The position numbers were made by a program, and so were the translations under genes. From positions 1 through 40,466 of IMG/VR virus record IMGVR_UViG_3300025018_000266: a DNA stretch of 40,466 nucleotides. The stretch is one strand, 5' to 3'. The notes under the pieces are model-generated. The model was given only the letters and a program-made list of their open reading frames with translations. It was not told the DNA's origin and did no database searches. Numbering within the stretch: the stretch's first letter is position 1; every line of letters starts with the position of its first letter. This document shows, in pieces, positions 7,336-17,607 of the stretch. This stretch comes from a virus (Duplodnaviria; Caudoviricetes).

Positions 7336-9322
7336 AAAAGAAGTAGAAAAACCAGTAGAAGCAAAGAGTGATTATACCAACCTTGCTAAACAATGTAAGG
7401 CTGAATATACCCTTGCTTGGACACACCAGAAGCCCAAAAAAGATGAGCATGAGCTAAGACTCGAACTATACAACAATCAGAAAAGAGACAAGTCAGCAGT
7501 TGGCGACACCACGATGTTTACCATTATGCAGACTGTTCTAGCTTCTCTTTATGTCGATAGATTAAACTCGACTTTCGAGGGCAGAGAGGATGGGGATGAG
7601 GAAACAGCAGAGAACCTAACAGCAATGGCAGAGTTTGATTATGATGAAATGGGCAAGGCTGAACTCGATTATGTTTGGGATTGGGATACTTGTTTTTTTG
7701 GTCACGGTATGGCAGCAATGGAAGAATACGAAAGAGATCCGGAAAACAATGTATTTGTACCCATGCCTTCAATCATTGATCCATTACTATTCTTACACGA
7801 TCCGTTGGCAGTAACAGTAAACGGAGACAGATCCGGTAAAGGTGCTATGCGCTTTGGTGGATACGAGATAAAGATGACCAAGCAGGATATGCTTGACCAC
7901 CCTTATTTCTTTGAGAACAAACTACATTTTGACACTATGAAGTACGGTGGTGGACTAGAATCCATCATGCAAGACGCTATTGAAGCAAGAGATAACGCAC
8001 AGGGTAGACAATCATCACTCAAACATGACGGTGAGAAGTCACTTGGGGACAACGCACAGTACAACGTGACTGTTTGGTATACACACTATAGGGATTCAGG
8101 AGACAGCAAGGCTAAGAAGTACAAGGTTTACCTAATAAACGATAGAAAAGATGTTGTCGGACTTCAGGAGATAAAAAGAAAAAGAGGTAAAAGAGTTATA
8201 TTCCCGTTGATAGATAGGTTATTGTACCCAACATCACACGATTGGGATGGTACTTCTATTCCGGATCTAACAGAGGACAAACAAAGAGCAAGAGCAATAG
8301 CACAGAATCTAGGCTTTAAGGCGATGAAAGCAGACATATACCCAATGTATGTGTACGACTCCAATAAGATTACAAACAGAAACGATCTCAACTTTGATTT
8401 CAATAAGTTCATACCGGCAAATGTTCCCGAAGGTGGAACTGTTCAAGGTGCAATACAGCCCGTAAACAAGGCAGCACCTAATATGCAACTGCTTAGCTTT
8501 ATTTATGAATCACTGGATGCATCGGCTCAAAAGGCAACGGCTACATCAGATATTAAGATGGGTATGCAAGCTCGACAGCAAAGAACTTTGGGAGAAAATA
8601 ACCTCGTTGAATCCAATTCCGATACAAGATACTCACTTGCAGCCAAAGTGTTTGGATGGAGTGAGAAGGACTTCTGGTCTCAATGGTACTTATTGTATGA
8701 TGAAAACTTTGACGCCGATATTGATGAGAAAGTACTAAGGATCGTTGGTGCTTTTGGTGCTAAGTGGAGACCTCTGGGTAGGGGAGACATTGTAGCCAAG
8801 ATTGCACCGGATATTAAGATTGAGTCAACGGTAGTTTCAAGAGCAAAACAACTAGAAGAAAGACAGATGTTGACCGACTACCTAACACTGGCTTTTGGAG
8901 ATCCGACCACCAACAGAAGATATGGATTAAAGGAGCTGGGAAGGCGATCAGGCTTCCAAAAGGATGAAATAGATAGATTGTTACCTCCTACGGTAGACGA
9001 ACGCATTGCAGAGGATCAGAACGATATGCTCAATCAGAACAAACTCGTACCCGTATTACCGGAAGATGACCATAACGTGCATTTAGAGATACACACGAAG
9101 GCAAAAGCAACAGATGCAACATATGCACATATAGAAACTCATGAGAAAGCACTATCAGTTAAAAAGACTAATCCGGAGATGTTTCCAGCAGATCCAATGT
9201 CTGCTAACTTCCAAGATGGGCAAGGCGGTATGAATCCTGTTACTCCACCTATGGGCAATGTTAATGCCGCAAGACCGGCAGTAAAGCCCTCGTCTACAAG
9301 TGGACAATCTCAAATACAATGA
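7328..9322 (+). CDS. Portal protein (P22-like)
   Basis: 664 aa, located after TerL, helical composition with a Pro/Gln-rich tail. Confidence 0.8.
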   Translation: MPEKEVEKPVEAKSDYTNLAKQCKAEYTLAWTHQKPKKDEHELRLELYNNQKRDKSAVGDTTMFTIMQTVLASLYVDRLNSTFEGREDGDEETAENLTAMAEFDYDEMGKAELDYVWDWDTCFFGHGMAAMEEYERDPENNVFVPMPSIIDPLLFLHDPLAVTVNGDRSGKGAMRFGGYEIKMTKQDMLDHPYFFENKLHFDTMKYGGGLESIMQDAIEARDNAQGRQSSLKHDGEKSLGDNAQYNVTVWYTHYRDSGDSKAKKYKVYLINDRKDVVGLQEIKRKRGKRVIFPLIDRLLYPTSHDWDGTSIPDLTEDKQRARAIAQNLGFKAMKADIYPMYVYDSNKITNRNDLNFDFNKFIPANVPEGGTVQGAIQPVNKAAPNMQLLSFIYESLDASAQKATATSDIKMGMQARQQRTLGENNLVESNSDTRYSLAAKVFGWSEKDFWSQWYLLYDENFDADIDEKVLRIVGAFGAKWRPLGRGDIVAKIAPDIKIESTVVSRAKQLEERQMLTDYLTLAFGDPTTNRRYGLKELGRRSGFQKDEIDRLLPPTVDERIAEDQNDMLNQNKLVPVLPEDDHNVHLEIHTKAKATDATYAHIETHEKALSVKKTNPEMFPADPMSANFQDGQGGMNPVTPPMGNVNAARPAVKPSSTSGQSQIQ

Positions 9323-9657
9323 TACCAAAAGACCTAATAGACACACCCGATAAGATGAATGTAATGGTAGCTAACTTTAGAACACTAAAGGATCATGCTG
9401 GGTGGTTGCTCCTAAAGGAAATAGTAGAAGCAAACATCAAGGTACTAGAAGATCAGATACTAAACGGCATCAATGTGGAGGGGATAGTCGAAACTAAGGA
9501 ACTCATTGATCGTAAAAGAGATAAGTTAAAGGCATACAGAGAGGTTATAAATACTCCCGATGAATGGATTGCGAAGCTAGAGACTGTTGAGACTAAACAG
9601 GTAGAGGATGATCCATTCCATACATTAGAGAGTCTACGCAAGGAAAAGAAGAAATAG
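9319..9657 (+). CDS. Portal-adjacent hypothetical protein
   Basis: GW.LL.E...N helical pattern; ATGA-coupled to the portal. Confidence 0.65.
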   Translation: MIPKDLIDTPDKMNVMVANFRTLKDHAGWLLLKEIVEANIKVLEDQILNGINVEGIVETKELIDRKRDKLKAYREVINTPDEWIAKLETVETKQVEDDPFHTLESLRKEKKK

Positions 9658-9693
9658 GTTTTATTGTTTTTATTTTTAGTGTAAAATATACAT

Positions 9694-9897
9694 ATGGCAA
9701 TATTAAACGCTTCTATAGAGTTAAGAAAGAAAAGACCTATTACTACTAAGCCTAGACTACCTGTTAGCGGTGTAGGGTCGCAGGAGAGGAAAAGGCGGTT
9801 GTATAAGACATCGCTTTCTGAACCATCATATGTTAAAGCTGTTAAGGCAGGTTGGAAAAGAAAAAGACCAGTAGTACAGAGAATAACATTATCATAG
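9694..9897 (+). CDS. Small basic protein
   Basis: 67 aa, K/R-rich; TAAAAT 6 nt upstream of the ATG. Confidence 0.45.
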   Translation: MAILNASIELRKKRPITTKPRLPVSGVGSQERKRRLYKTSLSEPSYVKAVKAGWKRKRPVVQRITLS

Positions 9898-9908
9898 TAT
9901 CCCACAAC

Positions 9909-9938
9909 TTGACAACTACCTACATACAAGGATAAAAT
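9909..9938 (+). promoter_or_regulatory. Promoter TTGACA-18-TAAAAT upstream of the scaffold gene
   Basis: Same architecture as 11133-11162. Confidence 0.55.
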
Positions 9939-9970
9939 GTAGTAGTAATTAGTTATAAAGGAAAAACCTT

Positions 9971-10540
9971 ATGGCAGATACAGAAGAAATAATTGAAGAA
10001 GAAATAGAAGAAACTCCCGAAGAAGAAATAGAAGAAAATAAAGAAGAAGTGGTTGAACCTGAAGATGAGGAAGAAGTAATAGATGTAGAAAAGTTGGAAG
10101 TGGAAACGAGAAAGTTTGACGAGACAAAGGTTGAGTATGGAGAGGATATAGATCCGGAAGATGTCAAAACCATAGGTACGATCGTTGAGAAGCAAACAGC
10201 AGGGGTTAAAAGACAACTTCAAGAAACAATTGATAGACAAGAGGTAGACTCTTTCGTAGCGGAAAAGCCAGAGTATGCTAAATATAAGCCGGCTATACTC
10301 AAATATCTTCAGCATCCAGTTTATAGCAAGATACCCGTTAAGAATATCGCCGCTATTGTGGCTTCTAACGATCTAATGAAGATCGGGGCAAGAAAAGAAA
10401 GAGAAGCACAGAGCAAGGCGGATGCAACAAAGACTACCGGATCGAGTTCAAGAGCTGCCGCCGGTGGAGCAACAGATTGGTTAACAGTGAACAAGGATGA
10501 TTTCGAGGCTAAAAAACAAGAGGTCTTACGAAGAAGGTAA
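9971..10540 (+). CDS. Capsid scaffolding protein (probable)
   Basis: Highly acidic N-terminus; lies between portal and MCP. Confidence 0.65.
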   Translation: MADTEEIIEEEIEETPEEEIEENKEEVVEPEDEEEVIDVEKLEVETRKFDETKVEYGEDIDPEDVKTIGTIVEKQTAGVKRQLQETIDRQEVDSFVAEKPEYAKYKPAILKYLQHPVYSKIPVKNIAAIVASNDLMKIGARKEREAQSKADATKTTGSSSRAAAGGATDWLTVNKDDFEAKKQEVLRRR

Positions 10541-10562
10541 TTATTTATAAAGAAAGGTTACT

Positions 10563-11126
10563 ATGAACGAACTGGAAACATTAACAGTTAAAGAACTACA
10601 AGATAAGTTGGTATCGCTTGGTATGCCACAAGAAGATGTGGAGGCATTTAAGACTAAAGCACCGCTTATATCGTCTATCAAAACCATGATGGCTAAGGAT
10701 GCAGTTAGAGAGCCGGAAGAAGAAGTTAAGAAAGTAGCAAGTATTGAGGAATCAGTTAATCCATCAGAGGAAAGAAAAGTAAATAAAGAATGGAAAGGCA
10801 AAGCAGAGAAGATGAAAGCACATTTAGAGGCACAGGAACAGGTCAGTATATTGATTCCTTTAGCCGATGGGGAAAGAGTAGGAGTTGTTGAGTGGAGAAC
10901 GGATAAGGAAGGTAAATCCTATCAAGTACATATCTCCGGTGCAGTAGAATCAGTGCAACTCAACGGTTATAAACACTTGATAGCCAGAGGTGTTTACACC
11001 AAAGTACCAAGACAGATAGCAGAAGTCGTGAGCAAGGCACAATCACAGACTCTCGAAGCAGGAAAGAACATATCCTTAGATCGAACCGACCCTAATACGG
11101 GTAGACCGTTTTCAGAGTCCTTGTAG
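10563..11126 (+). CDS. Hypothetical protein with N-terminal helix-extension-helix-like motif
   Basis: LETLTVKELQDKLVSLG...KTKAPLI; AGAAAGG SD. Confidence 0.65.
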   Translation: MNELETLTVKELQDKLVSLGMPQEDVEAFKTKAPLISSIKTMMAKDAVREPEEEVKKVASIEESVNPSEERKVNKEWKGKAEKMKAHLEAQEQVSILIPLADGERVGVVEWRTDKEGKSYQVHISGAVESVQLNGYKHLIARGVYTKVPRQIAEVVSKAQSQTLEAGKNISLDRTDPNTGRPFSESL

Positions 11127-11132
11127 ACACCA

Positions 11133-11162
11133 TTGACAACGATACCTAGTATCATCTAAAAT
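11133..11162 (+). promoter_or_regulatory. Promoter TTGACA-18-TAAAAT for the capsid gene
   Basis: Hexamers seen; followed by a structured leader. Confidence 0.55.
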
Positions 11163-11261
11163 ATACATACAAACGTATAACGGAAAAACCGAAACGCACC
11201 AGTAGTGGTGTGTTTCTTTTGTTATACGGTATATATTATTTATTTAGTGAAAGGATTTAAT

Positions 11262-12263
11262 ATGGCAACAACTATAAGAAGTGCCAATGTTACATCGGAT
11301 ACAACCTCTACGGCTACAATCCAAAGAGAAGTGTCTAACTTCTATGACAGAGCTTTGCTTGAAAGAGCAATCCCAGCTTTGGTTCATACGAGATTTGCAC
11401 AGATTAGAGATCTTCCGGCAAACAGTGGAACCAACGTAATTAAGTTTAGAAGGTATGGTAGCTTAACGGCTAACACCACAGCCTTAACAGAAGGTGTAAC
11501 CCCATCCGGAACAGCATTAAGTGTCTCCGACCTGGTGGCTACAGTTTTGCAGTATGGAGACTACATCACTTTATCCGATGTGGTTCAAATGGAGACCTAC
11601 GATCCTATCTTGACTGAAGCAGCTGAGATTTTAGGAGAACAGGCAGGAGATTCAGTAGATCAGTTAATGAGAGATATAATTGCCGCAGGTACAACGATTC
11701 AGTACGCTTCAACAGCGAGTGCTGATAGTGATATCACCAGGGCAATGGTCTTGAATAGATCTGAAGTTAAACAAGCAGTAAGAACTTTAAGAGGAAATAA
11801 CGCTAAACCCGTTACTACTATGGTAGATCCTTCAACCGGATACAACACAGTACCTGTCGGAAGATCCTTCATCGGAATCGTATCGGAAGATACAGCCTAT
11901 GACTTGGATGACGCAGAGGGTTGGATTCCAGTTGAGAAATATCCAAATAAGTCTAACGTAATGGAAGATGAAATCGGAGCATTAGGAAATGTACGATTCA
12001 TTATGTCCACCAATGCTTCGCAGGATTCAGATGCTGGAGCAGGTTCAGTACCAGTGCATTACACACCTATTTTCGGTCAGAACGCTTTTGCTATGACCAG
12101 AATCAGTGGAGAATCACTAAAAAATATCGTTAAGCCTTTAGGTTCAGCAGGGACAGCAGATCCTCTCAACCAAAGATCAACGAGTGGTTGGAAACTTACC
12201 TTTATCGGCAAGATTCTTAACCAGAACTTTGTAGTGGTAGTGCATCACGGGGTTTCAGCTTAA
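11262..12263 (+). CDS. Major capsid protein, N4-gp56 family
   Basis: IKFRRY..L....LTEGVTP, QYGDY, GSAGTADPLNQRSTSGWK motifs; start moved to ATG 11262 after the TGAAAGGA SD. Confidence 0.9.
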   Translation: MATTIRSANVTSDTTSTATIQREVSNFYDRALLERAIPALVHTRFAQIRDLPANSGTNVIKFRRYGSLTANTTALTEGVTPSGTALSVSDLVATVLQYGDYITLSDVVQMETYDPILTEAAEILGEQAGDSVDQLMRDIIAAGTTIQYASTASADSDITRAMVLNRSEVKQAVRTLRGNNAKPVTTMVDPSTGYNTVPVGRSFIGIVSEDTAYDLDDAEGWIPVEKYPNKSNVMEDEIGALGNVRFIMSTNASQDSDAGAGSVPVHYTPIFGQNAFAMTRISGESLKNIVKPLGSAGTADPLNQRSTSGWKLTFIGKILNQNFVVVVHHGVSA

Positions 12264-12295
12264 TTACTTATTTAAGGTTATAAAGGAATAAAAAC

Positions 12296-12622
12296 ATGGC
12301 ACAAACAATAACAACCAAAGCTCCTCTTAATACGTTAAGATTGGCAACCGGTAGATACTTAGATACGGGAACAGTTGCGGCTTATACATTCACTCTCGGT
12401 TTTCAGCCTAGATATGTAAGAGTTATCAACAACACCTCTAGTGATAAGTATGAATGGGTTGAGGGAATGGCTGATGCGTCTGCCCACAAGCAGGTTGCAG
12501 CAGGTACATCTTCCGCAATCACGACATTGGGTATCACAGTTTCGGCTAGTGGATTCACAATGGGTCTTGATACGGATGTAAACGTAACAAGCGAACAAGT
12601 CAGCTTTATAGCGCTTGGTTAA
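12296..12622 (+). CDS. Virion structural protein (capsid-associated)
   Basis: LGFQPRYVRV beta-rich motif; follows the MCP. Confidence 0.6.
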   Translation: MAQTITTKAPLNTLRLATGRYLDTGTVAAYTFTLGFQPRYVRVINNTSSDKYEWVEGMADASAHKQVAAGTSSAITTLGITVSASGFTMGLDTDVNVTSEQVSFIALG

Positions 12623-12681
12623 TAGTTAGTTAATTATTGTTGATCCCCACCTACGGGTGGGGTGACACGGAAAGGCATAAA

Positions 12682-13164
12682 ATGGGAATAAGTTCAGCAC
12701 TTACAAGCGATAGAGGTCTTGAATCAGTATTGAGAGATCTAGCTGGAAACAATGCCTATAAAGTCAAAAAATCCGTAACTTTTGATGGTGGTACTGCAAA
12801 TGACGTAGGAGACCTTACTGGTACTGGAAATCCAGCAACTTTGTTTACGGTTACAGGAGAAGTTTTGGCTTATATAGTTCCTGTATGTAAAACTCTTTTA
12901 GCAGGAGCAACAGCTACACTAGAAGTAGGAGTAACAGGAGCAACAGCAGCTTTGGTAGCACAGACAACTGCTACAGATATTGACGCTGATGAGGGTTGGT
13001 TCGCAGCAACCCCAACTTTAGCAGTAGCAAATACAGCACAGTACCACGTACTAGGCTTAGATGTTATTCAGACAGTTGGAACAGCAGACATTACGAGTGG
13101 AGTTATTGACTACTACCTATTCTGGAAACCTCTTTCAGATGACGGTAACGTTGTAGCAGCTTAA
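12682..13164 (+). CDS. Virion structural/decoration protein, paralog of 13234-13743
   Basis: ATG 12682 after GGAAAGG; shared LFTVTG and PLSxDGNVxAA. Confidence 0.65.
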   Translation: MGISSALTSDRGLESVLRDLAGNNAYKVKKSVTFDGGTANDVGDLTGTGNPATLFTVTGEVLAYIVPVCKTLLAGATATLEVGVTGATAALVAQTTATDIDADEGWFAATPTLAVANTAQYHVLGLDVIQTVGTADITSGVIDYYLFWKPLSDDGNVVAA

Positions 13165-13233
13165 CAGTAGGGGAACTATAGGGGGTAGTTAAAACCTACT
13201 CCCTGTAGGTGTATTTAGTTTAGGAGAATAAAA

Positions 13234-13743
13234 ATGACGAATCCTTATTTAGACGCTAGAATGACGTTAGACAGTAACGGTAGACCTGTTATGGGTGCTT
13301 TTCCGTTCATGGCTAGTAAAACAGTAACCTTTGCAGGTGCTACAGCAGACGCATGGGGAAATGATGCTGGTGCTTTAGACGGTGGGGTTTTATTCACAGT
13401 AACCGGAGTAGTTAAATGTATTGTTATTGCTAAATGCACGACAAGCTGTACCGGTGCTACATCAACCGATGAAGTTGGGATAGCAGGTGCAACAGCTATA
13501 TTCATGCCTATTACGACAATGACAAGCCTAGATGCTGGTCACATATGGCTAAATAACGCAACCCCAGCTACTTACTTTATTGCTGGTGAAGCAGAAGCGG
13601 CAGCAGATAATCTACCAATCTATCTACTAAACGGTAATGATATTATAATGACAACCAAGACAGCGAACACTGAAGCAGGGGTTGTTGAGTTCTATTGCTA
13701 CTTCATGCCACTATCGCTAGATGGCAACGTAACAGCAGCTTAA
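13234..13743 (+). CDS. Virion structural/decoration protein
   Basis: Paralog of the upstream gene; AGGAG SD. Confidence 0.65.
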   Translation: MTNPYLDARMTLDSNGRPVMGAFPFMASKTVTFAGATADAWGNDAGALDGGVLFTVTGVVKCIVIAKCTTSCTGATSTDEVGIAGATAIFMPITTMTSLDAGHIWLNNATPATYFIAGEAEAAADNLPIYLLNGNDIIMTTKTANTEAGVVEFYCYFMPLSLDGNVTAA

Positions 13744-13802
13744 AAGAAAGGTAATGCTGGTTTAGTCTGTCTATAAACGGGCTAACATAGTATAATTACA
13801 GC

Positions 13803-14456
13803 ATGAACAAATGTTTATGTGGGTGTGGAGAATCCCTAATAATAAAAAGTAAGTATTACACCTCAAAATATATACTTGGTCATAATAATCGTGGAAAACA
13901 TATAAAACATTCTGGTCAGTTTAAGGTTGGAAATAAGGTTAATCTTGGTAGAAGGATGACCGAATACACAAAGGAAGCTCTTATGGCAGTTAATACAGGA
14001 AAACCAACTTGGAATAAAGGAATGCATTTACCATCTCCAATGCAAGGTAAGAAACACACAGAAGAATCACGAAAGAAAGTGAGTATAGCTTTAACTGGGC
14101 GTGCTTCTTGGAATAAAGATAGAAAATGTCCACAATTATCAAGAGAGAATAACCCATCTTGGAAAGGTGGAATAACTCCATTTAATAAAATAGAAAGAAA
14201 AAGATTTAGGGATACTGTTTTGAATAAAGTTCTTGAAAGAGATGATTATACTTGCCAAATATGTGGGGAAAGAGGTGGAAAGTTACAAGTTGACCATATT
14301 CAACCTTGGGCAGATTATGTTGATGGAAGGTTTGACATGGATAATTGTAGGACTCTTTGTATGGGTTGCCATTATTTTATTACATTTGGGAAACCAATAT
14401 CTGTAGAAGTTAGTGCGTGGGGACATAACTTTAATGAAAGGGGGATAGAACTTTGA
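13803..14456 (+). CDS. Free-standing HNH homing endonuclease with NUMOD3 motifs
   Basis: CLCGCG; GKKHTEESRKK; RDDYTCQICG...VDHI...N...LC..CH. Confidence 0.9.
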   Translation: MNKCLCGCGESLIIKSKYYTSKYILGHNNRGKHIKHSGQFKVGNKVNLGRRMTEYTKEALMAVNTGKPTWNKGMHLPSPMQGKKHTEESRKKVSIALTGRASWNKDRKCPQLSRENNPSWKGGITPFNKIERKRFRDTVLNKVLERDDYTCQICGERGGKLQVDHIQPWADYVDGRFDMDNCRTLCMGCHYFITFGKPISVEVSAWGHNFNERGIEL

Positions 14457-15172
14457 CACCTGTTGCACTTGCTAACTACTGTAGATTAAAGACTCGTACC
14501 AATAGCACTACTCTTACAAACGCTGATTTAATCATCTTAGCTAACAAAGTTAAAGACGAGTTAGTTCTGGGGGCATTGGAAGCAGATGAGGACATATTCC
14601 TTGTACCCACTTACTTAAACTTAGTTGCAAACCAAAGGGAATATCCCCTACATTCAGACCTACTTTCAAGAATAAAACGTGTAGAAGCCAAACTAGACGC
14701 TACAAACTATGTAAAACTATATGAGTTTGATCTACCACAGCATCAATACCCTATCTCAACAGAAGCAGATATAACTGCTCATTTTGGAAACAACGAGAGA
14801 GAAGCCTATTTTGACATAATGAGAAACTCTATTTTCATCTATTCCGGAACAATCACAACAGTTACAGACGGGTTGAAGATTTGGCTTAATACGATAGTGC
14901 AAGACCTTTCGAGCATGGTTGCTACAACCGATATGAGTGTAGATCCCACAACTACAGCACACGGAATACCAAGAGCATTACATGGGGTGTTAGCAGAGGG
15001 AATGATTATTGAGTGGAAAGAGAGCAGAGAGAAGCCTATTCCACTAACCGAAACTGAAAAAAGCCATGAGATCCATATAGGAAGGGCGGTTTCGTCTCTT
15101 AAAAATGCTAATTATGATAGGGATGTAATTGGTTTAGTACCTGTAGAGGGTAACAATGGTCAGGATTTATAA
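14453..15172 (+). CDS. Head-to-tail adaptor/connector protein (probable)
   Basis: Position and size; LVANQREYPL motif; TTG start with SD located inside the HNH 3' end. Confidence 0.55.
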   Translation: MTPVALANYCRLKTRTNSTTLTNADLIILANKVKDELVLGALEADEDIFLVPTYLNLVANQREYPLHSDLLSRIKRVEAKLDATNYVKLYEFDLPQHQYPISTEADITAHFGNNEREAYFDIMRNSIFIYSGTITTVTDGLKIWLNTIVQDLSSMVATTDMSVDPTTTAHGIPRALHGVLAEGMIIEWKESREKPIPLTETEKSHEIHIGRAVSSLKNANYDRDVIGLVPVEGNNGQDL

Positions 15173-15396
15173 TGAGTTGTGATGATAACTACACTAAAGT
15201 AGCCAAGCCGACAGCTTCTTATACGATTGCAGTCAAGCCAACGGCTTCCTACACAATTACAGCCAAGGGTACAAGACCAACAACTACCAAAGTTCCCAGA
15301 CCTTGTATTGAAGATTTGGCTATTCTTACCGAAGGTGGTATAGAGATTTTATATGAAAATGAAATAATTATGGTTGTTCAAGGAGCATTAGTTTAA
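15172..15396 (+). CDS. Small virion protein with KPTASYTI repeats
   Basis: Two 10-aa repeats; ILTEGG..ILYE motif. Confidence 0.55.
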   Translation: MSCDDNYTKVAKPTASYTIAVKPTASYTITAKGTRPTTTKVPRPCIEDLAILTEGGIEILYENEIIMVVQGALV

Positions 15397-15397
15397 T

Positions 15398-16981
15398 ATG
15401 GGTTATCGCATAAGTGAGTTAGAAGCATTAGCAGCAATACCAGCAGGGGATGATTTAGTTCCAATTGTTGATATTTCTGATTCAACGCAAAATGCGACAG
15501 GTTCAACCAAGAAAGTTACGGTTGCTTATCTCGCTGATGCTGTTGCGTTGGGTGATACCGGTGCTACGGGTGATACTGGAGTCACGGGAAGTACAGGAAC
15601 TCAAGGTGATACGGGGATTCAAGGCGACACTGGCGTTACGGGGGTAACGGGGGTAACGGGTAGCACTGGAATAGTTGGTAACACAGGTATTCAAGGAAAT
15701 ACTGGAGTTACCGGAAGTACGGGTGCAGATTCTACTGTTCAGGGGAGTACCGGAGTCACGGGAAGTACAGGAACTCAAGGAGTTACAGGTGCAACGGGCA
15801 ATACAGGAACTCAAGGTGATACTGGCGTTCAGGGTAATACAGGTGTAACTGGTGTGACAGGAGTCACAGGTTCAACGGGTGTAACGGGTAACACGGGAAC
15901 GCAAGGAAATACAGGGATTCAAGGGAGTACGGGTGCAGATTCTACTGTTCAAGGCAACACCGGAGTGACTGGAGCTAAGGGTGACACCGGTGTAGATGGT
16001 TATGTAGGTTCAGACGGAGATACGGGCGTTCAAGGAAATACAGGCGTTGGTGCGACTGGTGCAACGGGGGTAACTGGTGGGGCAGGTGCGACTGGTGCAA
16101 CGGGGGTAACTGGTGGGGCAGGTGCGACTGGTACGCAGGGGGATACAGGATCTGCCGGTGCGCCAAATGACGCAACTTACATCACCCAAACAGCAAACGG
16201 CTCGCTGTCAGCAGAACAGGCGTTAGGGGCATTATCTTCTGGGATAATGAAAGTTACTACAACCACTGGCGTTGTGAGTTCAGTTGCGGCTCCCTCTGGT
16301 GCGGTGGTGGGTGATAGTGACACACAAACCTTAACCAATAAGACTTTAACAACTCCTGTGATTAGAGCGTATGACGGTTGGCAAGACGCAGACGAAACTT
16401 GGACTTATGCCTCTGCGTCGACCATCACTGTACCGTCGGGAGCGGCTGCTAAATATGTGGTCGGGGATCGTATAAAGTGGACACAAACTACCGTTAAATA
16501 CGGTGTAATTATTACCGTAGCGGATACGCTTTTAACTATAGCCGTAAACACCGACTACACGGTTGCTAACGCCGCGATAAGTATCAACTACTACTCGCAT
16601 GAAGCAAGTCCAATAGGATACCCGCAGTGGTTTAGTTGGACACCTACATATAGTGGTTTTTCGGCAGACCCTACATATGTAGCAAAGTTTTCAGTAATAG
16701 GTAGGGCGTGTACAATTAGTATGTTGGGTTCAGCAGACGGTACATCAAATGCAACTGGTTTTACATTTACGGTACCTATTGCAAATGCTTTGGGACAACT
16801 TGCACATTTATACGGGGGAACACCAATAGACGCTGGTGCAGAACAAAGCACTCAACCGACAATAAGAATAGCAAACGGAAGCACTACGGCAACTTGTTAT
16901 AAAACGGGAAATACAGGGACTGGTTGGACAAATAGTGGTGCTAAGAGAATAGTTGGTATCGGAGGTACTTATCCTATTTAA
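15398..16981 (+). CDS. Collagen-like (Gly-X-Thr) fibre protein
   Basis: Long G-X-Y run at about 15551-16165; N-terminal ISEL...DDLVPIVD...TKKVT attachment-type motif; [10 protein letters not shown]. Confidence 0.85.
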   Translation: MGYRISELEALAAIPAGDDLVPIVDISDSTQNATGSTKKVTVAYLADAVALGDTGATGDTGVTGSTGTQGDTGIQGDTGVTGVTGVTGSTGIVGNTGIQGNTGVTGSTGADSTVQGSTGVTGSTGTQGVTGATGNTGTQGDTGVQGNTGVTGVTGVTGSTGVTGNTGTQGNTGIQGSTGADSTVQGNTGVTGAKGDTGVDGYVGSDGDTGVQGNTGVGATGATGVTGGAGATGATGVTGGAGATGTQGDTGSAGAPNDATYITQTANGSLSAEQALGALSSGIMKVTTTTGVVSSVAAPSGAVVGDSDTQTLTNKTLTTPVIRAYDGWQDADETWTYASASTITVPSGAAAKYVVGDRIKWTQTTVKYGVIITVADTLLTIAVNTDYTVANAAISINYYSHEASPIGYPQWFSWTPTYSGFSADPTYVAKFSVIGRACTISMLGSADGTSNATGFTFTVPIANALGQLAHLYGGTPIDAGAEQSTQPTIRIANGSTTATCYKTGNTGTGWTNSGAKRIVGIGGTYPI

Positions 16982-17095
16982 CTTATGAAATATAAAATGA
17001 AAGGAAATATACAGCAGGTTCTTACCCAATTGCTTAACGCCACTATGATTAAGAAAAACAGTATGAATGAAGTAAAAAAAGTAAAGATTTCATAA

Positions 17096-17124
17096 TTGAT
17101 AAGATACTATATATGTAGTACAAT
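17096..17124 (+). promoter_or_regulatory. Promoter TTGATA-17-TACAAT with near-palindromic operator
   Basis: gatactatatatgtagtac in the spacer; ATG lies 6 nt after the -10. Confidence 0.65.
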
Positions 17125-17130
17125 CCAATT

Positions 17131-17607
17131 ATGTCTGATTGGAATAATGCTCAAACAACAATCCCATTAAGTAAAGGTAGAGTAGCAATAATAGATCCTG
17201 AAGATTACGACTCTCTATCACAATGGAAGTGGTATTACAGTCATGGGTACGCTATTAGACATCCTAGTATGGTTGGCGGAATCAGGAAAGGTAAGATTAT
17301 GATGCACAGGGTTATAGCCAAAACGCCCAACGGTGTGTACACAGACCATATAAATGGCAACGGGTTAGATAATAGAAAAAGTAATCTAAGATTCGTAAGC
17401 CACGCTCAAAATATGTGGAACTCCAAACTAGAGAGGAATACAAGCACCGGTATAAAAAACGTATCTGTTTTCAACGGGGGCTATCAGGTACGAGTTCAAA
17501 AGGATGGAAAAAGATACTTTGCTGGCTTTTTCAAGGATATAAGTGAAGCCGTGTCCAGAGCTAACACGTTTAGAAAGGAGTATTACGGTGAGTACACAAG
17601 AAACTAA
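17131..17607 (+). CDS. HNH endonuclease with C-terminal AP2-like domain
   Basis: MHRVI...TDHINGNGLDNRKSNLR; YQVRV...YFAGFF...EA. Confidence 0.9.
   Translation: MSDWNNAQTTIPLSKGRVAIIDPEDYDSLSQWKWYYSHGYAIRHPSMVGGIRKGKIMMHRVIAKTPNGVYTDHINGNGLDNRKSNLRFVSHAQNMWNSKLERNTSTGIKNVSVFNGGYQVRVQKDGKRYFAGFFKDISEAVSRANTFRKEYYGEYTRN

Noticed and set aside
11205-11261. N-terminal extension of the capsid ORF from the track (also 12637, 17543, 38255, 38568)
   Set aside because: These upstream starts lie in hairpins, promoters or upstream genes; downstream starts have clear SD or -10 signals.
13803-17607. HNH genes as intron-encoded or RNA-guided (IscB-like) nucleases
   Set aside because: No flanking intron structure, no RuvC motifs and no adjacent non-coding space for a guide RNA.
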